Shown: piece after piece, positions 1 through 7,895 of the stretch
Layout of the letters: the number at the start of each line of letters is the position of its first letter
How positions within the stretch are numbered: position 1 is the stretch's first letter
Origin: Candidatus Saccharimonadales bacterium
GTDB lineage: Bacteria > Patescibacteriota > Saccharimonadia > QS-5-54-17
Direction of reading: 5' to 3'
Assembly: GCA_040876925.1 (NCBI GenBank)
Contig: JBBDOS010000005.1
Coordinates: 40,815-104,814, forward strand
DNA length: 64,000 nucleotides
The notes under the pieces: generated by a model
What the model saw: the letters and a program-made list of their open reading frames with translations, nothing else
What the model was told of the DNA's origin: nothing
Databases searched by the model: none
Program-made: the position numbers and the translations under genes

Positions 1-1994
1 TTCTGATTCTTAGATATAACTGATTGAGCGGCCGTTAATATGGATTTGGTTGAACGGTAGTTTTGCTCTAGCTTGACAACTTTAGCGTTTGGATAGTCCC
101 GCTCAAAATCGAGGATGTTACGGAAGTTAGCACCTCTCCATGAATATACCGAATTATGAACAACTATGCCTGATGCTGAGTAGTTATGAACATTCTCAAC
201 ATCAAGATCATAGACAGGCCCCATATAGTATTGTCGATTGACTTCTATTACTTTGTCTTCCTTAACCACACCTCTATCAATAATAGGAACATACATATCT
301 GGATGAATGTGACTTGCAGGAGTGAAGATAAACTTATTATTAGTTATGAAAGCATACTTATTTATTATCATTTTATCTGAATCTACGCTCTGCAACCTAT
401 CTACTATGCTTTCGATTTTGCCATAATCTAGATGATGGATCTCTGTTCTGTATGTATCAGCTCTACCCGATCTTACGGTATAACCAGATTCTTCAATAAT
501 ATTTAAGTCAGACTTATCTGCGGTATTTATAGAAATTCTACTAGCTGACCACGGGCTTTGGCTTGTCTGACGTTTATCGCCAAACAAAACTACATTTAAG
601 TTAATTCTTTTTGTTTGATTCCTAGTAGTGGCTTGAGGAATAAAGTGGGGATAGTCGAATTTTATATCTAAATCCCGCATTAAATTATCTGCTCCACTAT
701 GGGTATCTATTTCTTGATATATTGCATCAATATATTCTTGGCTTATACTGGTTGAGCTATAGCTACCTGCACGAAAAACTAGCATAGGAATATTATATTT
801 ATAGGAAAAACGCAACTCATTATAGGCAGCTTCTTCTTTACTACTACATATCTTTAGTACCCACATCCTCTCCGCTCTCTCTTGATTGGCTCTAACTCTT
901 AAACCAATGTCGTTCTTTTTACCATCATACCTAGTCCCCTTAGCTATTCCTATGCGATAGCCTTTTTCTCTAGAAAACATCAAGTAAACAAAGAAGTTAT
1001 CTGTCTTATCCCACCTGGAGAATAGAATATGATTTGGCGTGCAGTAAATTTGCTTACCGGAAGCAGTCTTAATATGGACCAATTCTCCTTTATAATTGAA
1101 TTTCCTTTTCCTCTCAACTTTAAAATATTCTGATTTACCATAACCAGAGGAGGACCTAACTATATCTCCCCTGCCAACATCTTTTATTTTTATAGACCCG
1201 GAATCAGTTTCTACTAAACTATCTGGATGCAAACACTGCCAGTCATCTCCGACTACGCATATATTCTTATGAGTCTTTGCTAATAGCTTAACGAACTGAT
1301 ATTGGGCATGGTTAGTATCTTGGTACTCATCTACTAGTATGTATTTGAATCTATCCCGCCATCTCTGCAATGTCTCAGGATTTGTTTCAAACATCCTGAC
1401 TGTTTTCAATAACAGATCATCAAAATCCAAAGCTTGAGCTTGGGCGAGTAGTCTTTGGTAGGCCGGATAAACTTCAGCTGCCACCTCCTGCAGAGGGCCT
1501 GAAGTTAAAGAGGGATAAGAATCACTATCTATCAACTCATTTTTAGCTGATGATATTAAAGACTTAATAGCGTTAGGGTTAAAACGTTTCTCGTCTATAC
1601 CCATACCTCTCATGACCTGCTTAATGGCTTGTAAGCTATCACTGGAGTCAAAGATAACGAACTGCCTTGATAGCCCTATATTCTCTGCTTCTTGTCGTAA
1701 TATGCGTACACAGATACCGTGAAAGGTTCCTAAGAAAGGCATGAAGGAACGGTTGTTCTGATTTTCACCACAAAGAGCGGCTACTCGCTGGCGCATCTCA
1801 CCAGCTGCTTTATTGGTGAAGGTAACTGCTAATATATCGCCCTCTGTAGCTAAGCCTTGGTCTAATATATAGGCTATGCGGTGGGTCAGTGTCTTAGTCT
1901 TGCCACTACCGGCCCCAGCTAATATTAATAGGGGGCCTTTAGTGTGCTTAACAGCTTCTTTTTGTTTATCGTTTAAGTTTTTGAATAAATCCAC
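1..1994 (-). CDS. UvrD/PcrA/Rep-family DNA helicase, partial: the 3' end runs off the window start. It is interrupted in-frame by an intein (153-1235). A GTG start at 1994 follows an in-frame TAA.
   Basis: Minus-strand translation from GTG at 1994 gives VDLFKNLNDKQKEAVKHTKGPLLILAGAGSGKT (Walker A), TFTNKAAGEMRQR (motif Ia), ILVDEYQDTNHAQY (motif II) and VVGDDWQ / SVYSWRGANF (motif III, split by the intein). The C-terminal part continues with NYRSTKSIL. The N-extein is exactly 253 codons. There are no internal stops in 1-1994. It is absent from the ORF track because no stop codon lies inside the window. Confidence 0.85.
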   Translation of the reverse strand, partial: MDLFKNLNDKQKEAVKHTKGPLLILAGAGSGKTKTLTHRIAYILDQGLATEGDILAVTFTNKAAGEMRQRVAALCGENQNNRSFMPFLGTFHGICVRILRQEAENIGLSRQFVIFDSSDSLQAIKQVMRGMGIDEKRFNPNAIKSLISSAKNELIDSDSYPSLTSGPLQEVAAEVYPAYQRLLAQAQALDFDDLLLKTVRMFETNPETLQRWRDRFKYILVDEYQDTNHAQYQFVKLLAKTHKNICVVGDDWQCLHPDSLVETDSGSIKIKDVGRGDIVRSSSGYGKSEYFKVERKRKFNYKGELVHIKTASGKQIYCTPNHILFSRWDKTDNFFVYLMFSREKGYRIGIAKGTRYDGKKNDIGLRVRANQERAERMWVLKICSSKEEAAYNELRFSYKYNIPMLVFRAGSYSSTSISQEYIDAIYQEIDTHSGADNLMRDLDIKFDYPHFIPQATTRNQTKRINLNVVLFGDKRQTSQSPWSASRISINTADKSDLNIIEESGYTVRSGRADTYRTEIHHLDYGKIESIVDRLQSVDSDKMIINKYAFITNNKFIFTPASHIHPDMYVPIIDRGVVKEDKVIEVNRQYYMGPVYDLDVENVHNYSASGIVVHNSVYSWRGANFRNILDFERDYPNAKVVKLEQNYRSTKSILTAAQSVISKNQ
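153..1235 (-). mobile_element. Intein (361 aa) inserted in UvrD helicase motif III, with a central domain of about 230 aa that is a probable (possibly degenerate) homing-endonuclease region
   Basis: Splice junctions VVGDDWQ|CLHPDSLVETDSGSIKIKDV (Cys1, block A) and ...VYDLDVENVHNYSASGIVVHN|SVYSWRGA (block F/G, terminal His-Asn followed by a +1 Ser). Block B TPNH is at residues 66-69. Length is 1083 nt, an exact multiple of 3, so the extein frame is preserved. Rejoining the exteins gives the canonical motif III GDDWQSVYSWRGA. Confidence 0.8.
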
Positions 1995-2128
1995 GTCTTA
2001 ACTAAGTTTAGCAGGTGATAATAGTAATTTAAACGAGAATTAAGTACAATATCTCTATTCTATCTGTGTGGATGGATGAAACACCTGTTCTTAAGCAGGT
2101 ATTTAACAAGTAGTGAGGAGGAGTTATT

Positions 2129-2275
2129 ATGGATGAGATGCACCCTCTAATCCAGTGGGTTGTTTTGAGTCTGGGTATCTACTTGTCGGTTTTAATGCTG
2201 GGGTTCTTGTACGCAGCGATGGATAAGATCCTAGAGAAGCTAGGCGGCAACGGGGTCAGGAGAGAGCATGCCTAA
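2129..2275 (+). CDS. Small (48 aa) hydrophobic protein, hypothetical. A strong Shine-Dalgarno AGTGAGGAGGAG lies 7 nt upstream of the ATG.
   Basis: ATG at 2129 preceded by gaggaggag (2114-2122). Translation MDEMHPLIQWVVLSLGIYLSVLMLGFLYAAMDKILEKLGGNGVRREHA, one TM helix. Below the length cut-off of the ORF track. Confidence 0.35.
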   Translation: MDEMHPLIQWVVLSLGIYLSVLMLGFLYAAMDKILEKLGGNGVRREHA

Positions 2276-2308
2276 AAGGCGGCACAATTCTCTCGGACGT
2301 CTCGTGAA

Positions 2309-2356
2309 GGCAGCAGCCAAAAATACTTTTTTAAAATTAGTATTCTGGCTGCTGCC
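2309..2356. terminator. Long imperfect hairpin (GGCAGCAGCC ... GGCTGCTGCC, with inner AATAC/GTATT pairing) between convergent genes. Candidate bidirectional terminator.
   Basis: ggcagcagcc (2309-2318) is the exact reverse complement of ggctgctgcc (2347-2356). The inner arms aaaatac/gtattct extend the stem. A T-run sits in the loop. It lies between the 3' ends of the + small ORF and the - gene 2452-3060. Confidence 0.4.
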
Positions 2357-2451
2357 TCGGCACGTATAGGGTTTACCCTATCATCAACCCGACTCTTCAC
2401 TACTTATTCTTAACTTAAGATTAATGCAATTGAAATATGCTAAAAAAGAGG

Positions 2452-3060
2452 TTAAAACCAATCAAATATAATGCCGGCACCTTCCCTAGCCTGCTCTAAT
2501 TGATAAAGCATTATTAGCCCAGCTATTAGTGATGATAAGAAAACAAAGACAACCACCCAGAAACGCCTAGAACTAAATACACTGACCTTGTAGCTAGAAG
2601 GTTTTTTTGTCTTTAGCTGCTGCTTTTGCTTCTTTCGTCTGCTTGATCTAGCTATATCAGAGAAATCGCCAGACTGATCTATATCTTCATCTAAGTCCAT
2701 CCGACTGCTATATATATCCTCTACTGAGAAATCTTCTTCCTCTACTTGCTGCAATTTGGACTGTGTTTCATCATCTTTAACTACACCCCTATTACCATGG
2801 TCGCTATCTATGTTGTCTTTGCCTGATATATCAGCTGTGGCTACACCTGAGCCTGCACCAGATCCTGTTCCATAGCCACCACCGCCATAGCCAGTTGTAC
2901 GAATAACCTTCTCCTGCGAGCGAGCTTGTTGCGGTTGGGACTTATTAGTATCTGATTTGGCGGATAGCCTGCTATCTTGACTGCTTTGCTTAGCTGGTGA
3001 TTTCTTGCTGTCTATTTTGATATCTATTTTCTGAGAATCTTCACTGCTCATCACCATCAT
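2452..3060 (-). CDS. Hypothetical low-complexity, Ser/Gln/Gly-rich protein with a single C-terminal TM anchor
   Basis: ORF track 202 aa. Disordered N-terminal region with a GYGGGGYGTGSGAGSG stretch and a C-terminal hydrophobic helix FWVVVFVFLSSLIAGLIMLY. Overlaps the tpiA stop by 20 nt (MMVM alternative starts). No recognisable family. Confidence 0.4.
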   Translation of the reverse strand: MMVMSSEDSQKIDIKIDSKKSPAKQSSQDSRLSAKSDTNKSQPQQARSQEKVIRTTGYGGGGYGTGSGAGSGVATADISGKDNIDSDHGNRGVVKDDETQSKLQQVEEEDFSVEDIYSSRMDLDEDIDQSGDFSDIARSSRRKKQKQQLKTKKPSSYKVSVFSSRRFWVVVFVFLSSLIAGLIMLYQLEQAREGAGIIFDWF

Positions 3061-3829
3061 CCGTTAATAGGTTGGTTGTTTGGACTATCTTGGTAAATTC
3101 ATGATCATTAAGAGAAGCTCCACCGACCAATAGACCGTTGATAGAGTCAATATTTAGATAGCTACCGGCACTATCACCGTTAACGCTGCCACCATATATA
3201 ACGCGTATGCCACTAGTAGCATCAGCTCCAAACATCTGAGCGGTTGTAGATCTAATGGTTGCTGCAGCTGATATAACATCGTCTTCTTTGGCATTTTCGC
3301 CAGTGCCAATAGCCCAAACCGGCTCATAGGCGATGATAATATCCTTAGCTTCTGAGGCTGTAATCATAGTTAGCCCAGTAGATAGCTGATCGTTGATCAC
3401 TTGAGTAGTCTCACCGTGATGTCGTTCCTGCGCGGTTTCTCCAACACAAACTATTGGCGTAATACCGCTGCGCAAAGCTGCAGCTGTTTTTCTAGCTACC
3501 ATTTCATTAGTCTCACCAAAGTTATGTCGCCTTTCAGAATGACCGATGATAGCATACTGAACTAAATCTTTAACCTGAGAGGCTGATATCTCTCCTGTGT
3601 AGGCTCCTTCATCAGCGAAATATATATTCTGCACACCTATAGATAGACTTGGGGAGGCTGAGGATACATCGTGCAGAGCGATAGCTGATGGGCAGAGCAC
3701 TACTTCAGCTCTCTCAACTAAATCAGCTAATGAGTCTTCTAGTTTTTCCGCTAAGTCACGAGACTGGTTAACGCTTAAATGCATCTTCCAGTTGCCTATT
3801 ACTATTGGTTTTCTTAAGTCGTTTGCCAT
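3041..3829 (-). CDS. tpiA: Triosephosphate isomerase
   Basis: IVIGNWKMH, GHSERR and AYEPVWAIGTG signature motifs; 262 aa. Confidence 0.93.
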   Translation of the reverse strand: MANDLRKPIVIGNWKMHLSVNQSRDLAEKLEDSLADLVERAEVVLCPSAIALHDVSSASPSLSIGVQNIYFADEGAYTGEISASQVKDLVQYAIIGHSERRHNFGETNEMVARKTAAALRSGITPIVCVGETAQERHHGETTQVINDQLSTGLTMITASEAKDIIIAYEPVWAIGTGENAKEDDVISAAATIRSTTAQMFGADATSGIRVIYGGSVNGDSAGSYLNIDSINGLLVGGASLNDHEFTKIVQTTNLLTDDGDEQ

Positions 3830-3904
3830 ATTGTTTTTTGCACCTTAATCTTTATGTTTAAATCATAACATGAAGACACAAGCTTGTGGAACATCTCACC
3901 TTAG

Positions 3905-4144
3905 ATGCTAGCCCGAACATGGTATAATATGAGTATGGGTAATAAAGAAAAAAAATCTAGTATAGTTATGAATAAAACAAAACAGGATCGTGTCGAAGCT
4001 GTTAGTCAAGCGATTGCAAACGAGCGTCTTGAAGGTTTAGAGGTATCAAAAGAATCTCGCAAAATTGCAGGTGACTATATAGCCGGTAAGGCATCGGCGA
4101 AACAAGTTGCTAAAAAAATACGAGCACGTTACGGAGCTTTGTAG
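3905..4144 (+). CDS. Fic antitoxin (VbhA/FicA-like) with inhibitory-helix motif. The true start is probably an internal ATG (3935 or 3968).
   Basis: Contains AIANERLEGLE, closely matching the VbhA inhibitory motif ALASQRLEGLE ((S/T)xxxE(G/N), with N in place of S/T). Small basic protein. The stop TAG overlaps the GTG start of the downstream Fic gene (TAGTG). Confidence 0.65.
   Translation: MLARTWYNMSMGNKEKKSSIVMNKTKQDRVEAVSQAIANERLEGLEVSKESRKIAGDYIAGKASAKQVAKKIRARYGAL
3920..3928 (+). promoter_or_regulatory. Extended -10 promoter element TGGTATAAT upstream of the Fic antitoxin/toxin pair. It implies a very short leader or leaderless transcript starting near the ATG at 3935.
   Basis: TGnTATAAT at 3920-3928. 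No good -35 at 17 bp spacing. ATG codons at 3929 and 3935. Confidence 0.4.
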
Positions 4145-4743
4145 TGTCAGATTTCGTCGATCCATACTTCGACGATAGTATTAACACATTGCACAATCTT
4201 CTTGGCGCAAAATCTCCTGATGAGCTAGATGAGCTTGAAGCACAGATTGTCTTCGCCAATGAACTAGAGTTAAATGAGATTGACTTGCCTCGCACAAACG
4301 ACTTGGCAGAATTATTAGCTATACATAAGCAACTCTTTGGAAATGTCTATGACTGGGCTGGTCAGATTCGCACTGTTGATATTAAGAAGAATGAAGAAGA
4401 CTCTGAGTACTTCCTGATTGTTAGTAAAATTATAGATGCAGCAAACTATGTCTTTAGCGAGCTTGCTCAAGAAGATTATCTACAGAACTTACCTATTGAT
4501 AAATTTATTAAACGACTGGCATACTTCTATGACCAATTAAATTATATCCATCCATTTAGAGAGGGCAATGGTCGTGCTCAGCGCATATTTTGGGCACTAG
4601 TTGCCCGCGACGCTGGTTATGAAGTCTTGTGGGATAAAGTTGTTGGTAGTGAGAATGATGAAGCTTCACGATTAGCCGCAGAAAGTATGGATTTATCAGC
4701 ATTAATAACTATGCTTTCAAAGATAGTTATATCGTTGCGCTAA
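4144..4743 (+). CDS. Fic-domain protein (class I Fic toxin, adenylyltransferase/AMPylase family)
   Basis: Canonical Fic motif HPFREGNGRAQR (HxFx(D/E)GNGRxxR). GTG start overlaps the antitoxin stop by 1 nt. 199 aa. Confidence 0.85.
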   Translation: MSDFVDPYFDDSINTLHNLLGAKSPDELDELEAQIVFANELELNEIDLPRTNDLAELLAIHKQLFGNVYDWAGQIRTVDIKKNEEDSEYFLIVSKIIDAANYVFSELAQEDYLQNLPIDKFIKRLAYFYDQLNYIHPFREGNGRAQRIFWALVARDAGYEVLWDKVVGSENDEASRLAAESMDLSALITMLSKIVISLR

Positions 4744-4792
4744 GAATAATAGGTTCCATAAGCCTCTTCTTGCCCCTTATGTAGGTAGCTCT

Positions 4793-6007
4793 TCAAGTCT
4801 CTAGAGACGTAATACCCGGTAATTCCTCACCTGTCATTAAATCAAGAGCTGCACCACCGCCAGTAGACACCCAAGAAAAGTCATCTATCATACCAAGTTG
4901 TTGAATAAATCCGGCCGTATCACCACCGCCAACTATGGAAGAAGCTTCTGATTCCACAATAGCTTCGGCCAACTTGTGAGAGCTCTTAGCAAATTCTGGT
5001 AGTTCTATCATGCCTAGTGGCCCGTTCCAAATAATAGTTTCAGCTGATTGGACTATCTTAATAGCCCCTTCAAGAGATTCCGGTCCAAAATCAAGCACAA
5101 TATCATCTTCACTAATGACTGAGATGGGTATAACTTTAGCTTTTTCATCCGGAGAAATATCTTTACCAACCGCTATATCATCGCGTGGGAGATAGATAAA
5201 ATCTCTCACCCTACTATCACTATAGTCATCTGGATTATCCTCGGCCTTAACACCGAACTTCTCAGCTATAGTTGCATATATATCAGCAATTTCTCTTGCC
5301 ATATTATCCTCGTGTAAGCTTTTACCAATAGTGGAGACGTCATGCTCGGGAGAATTAATTAGAAAGGTATTGGCCATACCGCCACCAATAATTAAACGAT
5401 CTACTTTAGGTATTAGAGAGTGTAATACTTTCAACTTATCGCTAATCTTAGCCCCACCGACAATAGCTACTAATGGTCGCTTAGGATTTTCTATGGAGTC
5501 GGTTATAGTATTAACTTCTTTCTCCAATAACAACCCTGCCACGGCCGGTAAGAACTTGGTTATAGCTACAGTAGATGCATGGGCTCTATGCACTACACCG
5601 AAACCATCTTGGACAAAAACATCTCCTAAACCAGCTATCTGCTTAGCGAAATTATCATCATTACTTTCCTCACCCGGCCAAAAGCGCAAATTCTCTAGTA
5701 GAGTTATTTGAGACGTACTATCTACATCCTCAAGATCAGCAACAAAAGCTACTGGCTGTTTCACGAGGCTGCTTAAATGCTTGGCTACATTTTGCAGTGA
5801 GTACTGAGGATCTGGTTTACCCTCAGGCCTACCAAGATGACTGATAATAACAACTTGGCAATCTTGTTTGATTAGGTATTCTAAAGTAGGTAGTCCTTGA
5901 ATAATCCTGTAATCATCAGTTATCTCGCCGTTATCAGTTGGCACGTTATAGTCAGCTCGAAGTATTACCTTCTTGCCTTTAACATCTATGTCTTTGATAG
6001 TCTTCAT
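4793..6007 (-). CDS. pgk: Phosphoglycerate kinase
   Basis: N-terminus KKVILRADYNVP and 404 aa PGK-type domains. 4-nt ATGA overlap with the upstream pyk. Confidence 0.92.
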   Translation of the reverse strand: MKTIKDIDVKGKKVILRADYNVPTDNGEITDDYRIIQGLPTLEYLIKQDCQVVIISHLGRPEGKPDPQYSLQNVAKHLSSLVKQPVAFVADLEDVDSTSQITLLENLRFWPGEESNDDNFAKQIAGLGDVFVQDGFGVVHRAHASTVAITKFLPAVAGLLLEKEVNTITDSIENPKRPLVAIVGGAKISDKLKVLHSLIPKVDRLIIGGGMANTFLINSPEHDVSTIGKSLHEDNMAREIADIYATIAEKFGVKAEDNPDDYSDSRVRDFIYLPRDDIAVGKDISPDEKAKVIPISVISEDDIVLDFGPESLEGAIKIVQSAETIIWNGPLGMIELPEFAKSSHKLAEAIVESEASSIVGGGDTAGFIQQLGMIDDFSWVSTGGGAALDLMTGEELPGITSLET

Positions 6008-7416
6008 GATATCTCTCGGACCTTAATAGTATCAGTCCCACCGGCTACTCCTGGATTTTCTCCATAAGTTAGTACCACCATATCCTTAGGTCTTAAGTTG
6101 CCATGCTTCTTCAGATCCTTGATGGCTTTTTCTCCAGCGCCCTTAGGGCTTTTGTAGTAGAAAGACTTACCGCCATAGACTATAGCTAGCTGTTGAGCTA
6201 CTTTTCTGTTAGTTGTAGCCATGATAATGGGCATCTGAGGTCTATGAGAGGCGATATTACGAGCTGTACGACCAGATGCGGTCTCTGCCACTATCATCTT
6301 GGCTTTGAGCTGGTGAGCTAGAGTTATAGCTGCTGAGGCAATAGCACTGCCCTGAGAGTCATCTTCCATATTTATATACAGCGGCTCTACGGGAGAGTTA
6401 GATTCAGTGTAGAGACTAACTCTCTTCATTAGCTGGACTGATTCTACTGGGTACTTACCAGAATTAGTTTCATCAGATAACATCAAACAATCAGCTCCGC
6501 AGATTACAGCTGTAGCAATATCTGATACTTCAGCTCTGGTTGGCTGCGGGGAGTCAGTCATCGAAGCTAGCATTTGAGTAGCCACTATAGCAATCTTGCC
6601 ATATTTTTGGGCTAGACCTATGATCTTCCGCTGCAAGATAGGTACAACCTCCGGACCTACTTCTATGGCTAAATCACCTCTAGCTATCATGACTCCGTCA
6701 CTAACAACTGTAATCTCATCAATGTTATCAGCTCCAGCCTTAGTCTCAATCTTGGCAATTATTTTAATGTCTTCACCACCATGCTCATCTAGATAGCTGC
6801 GTAACTGATTAATATCGGCAGCCTTTTGCACAAAAGACATAGCTATATAGTCGGCTTCACTACTAATAGCGAAGTTAATATCTTCGTAATCTTTGGTTGT
6901 TAAAATATCACCGCCTAGATCGGTATCTGGTAGATTAATACCTTTTCTAGAAGTTAGCTTGCCACCAGTTATGACTTTGGTATTAATTACGCCCTTATCT
7001 ACCCCTATAACCTCTACCTCTAGTTTGCCATCGAAGAGGTATATTGACTCACCCGGCTTGATTTTATCTGCAAAATCATGCTGCAGAGGAATCACGCCAT
7101 CGCTTAAGTAGCTAGCTCCATGAGCAAATCTCACTTGATCACCAACTGGGATCTCTACACCCTCTTTAGGTAGTTCACCTATACGTATTTTGGGTCCTTG
7201 CAGATCAACGATGATAGCAATAGGTTTACCTATCTCTTCTGATGCTGACCGAGCATTATTAATATGTTGCTGATGGCTCTCATGGGTGCCATGAGATAGG
7301 TTCAATCTTACGCCATTTACTCCAGCCTCTATTAGCTGTTTAACAACCTTGGGGTCTTCTGTAGATGGTCCGAAACTGGCAATTATTTTAGTACGTTTGA
7401 ATTTTACTTCTTTCAT
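6004..7416 (-). CDS. pyk: Pyruvate kinase
   Basis: KIIASFGPST, NGVRLNLSHG, DLQGPKIR, MVARGDLAIE motifs. 470 aa. Confidence 0.92.
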   Translation of the reverse strand: MKEVKFKRTKIIASFGPSTEDPKVVKQLIEAGVNGVRLNLSHGTHESHQQHINNARSASEEIGKPIAIIVDLQGPKIRIGELPKEGVEIPVGDQVRFAHGASYLSDGVIPLQHDFADKIKPGESIYLFDGKLEVEVIGVDKGVINTKVITGGKLTSRKGINLPDTDLGGDILTTKDYEDINFAISSEADYIAMSFVQKAADINQLRSYLDEHGGEDIKIIAKIETKAGADNIDEITVVSDGVMIARGDLAIEVGPEVVPILQRKIIGLAQKYGKIAIVATQMLASMTDSPQPTRAEVSDIATAVICGADCLMLSDETNSGKYPVESVQLMKRVSLYTESNSPVEPLYINMEDDSQGSAIASAAITLAHQLKAKMIVAETASGRTARNIASHRPQMPIIMATTNRKVAQQLAIVYGGKSFYYKSPKGAGEKAIKDLKKHGNLRPKDMVVLTYGENPGVAGGTDTIKVREIS

Positions 7417-7479
7417 AGTTGTCTCTTAGTTTAACAGGGAAACTGTTTTAAGGGTAGATAATTAAACATTAAAACCAAT

Positions 7480-7557
7480 TGGTGACCCCGGCGGGATTTG
7501 AACCCGCGTTGCCAGGATGAAAACCTGGTGTCCTGGACCGGGCTAGACGACGGGGCC
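7480..7557 (-). tRNA. tRNA-Glu (anticodon UUC), CCA encoded
   Basis: Reverse complement GGCCCCGTCGTCTAGCCCGGTCCAGGACACCAGGTTTTCATCCTGGCAACGCGGGTTCAAATCCCGCCGGGGTCACCA. Cloverleaf with anticodon loop TTTTCAT. Close to canonical bacterial tRNA-Glu. Confidence 0.85.
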
Positions 7558-7718
7558 GTCAGTTGATTTTAAATATCTACACATTTTATTAATTTAGTGT
7601 TTATTATCTTACTAACTAAAAAACACTATCATATATTGTACTAACTTTCATCTTTTGAGGCCATATTAGACTGGAACTAGATAAGCAATAATCATGGTTT
7701 TTTGTTAAAATATATTTA

Positions 7719-7895
7719 ATGTCAAAGAAACGTCGCAAGAAATCAAAGTCTCAAGCTGCTCAAAAAGCCAATATTTATCGCTATGATGCTGAAGAGGAAG
7801 AAAAGAAGGCTTTCAAGAAGAAGTTAAAGATTAGATTAATCGTTACTGCTGCCTTAGGCGCTATTGTCTTCCTTATCCTGATGTTGATCTTTTGA
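7719..7895 (+). CDS. Possible small (58 aa) protein: basic N-terminus and C-terminal TM helix. Convergently overlaps the 3' end of the histidine kinase gene.
   Basis: ATG 7719 ... TGA 7893-7895. Translation MSKKRRKKSKSQAAQKANIYRYDAEEEEKKAFKKKLKIRLIVTAALGAIVFLILMLIF. No clear Shine-Dalgarno. Confidence 0.2.
   Translation: MSKKRRKKSKSQAAQKANIYRYDAEEEEKKAFKKKLKIRLIVTAALGAIVFLILMLIF

Noticed and set aside
186-380. 64-aa plus-strand ORF from the track
   Set aside because: Lies entirely inside the minus-strand intein coding sequence, which has strong block A/B/F/G conservation. No ribosome-binding site and an Ile/Asn-rich composition typical of AT-rich antisense noise.
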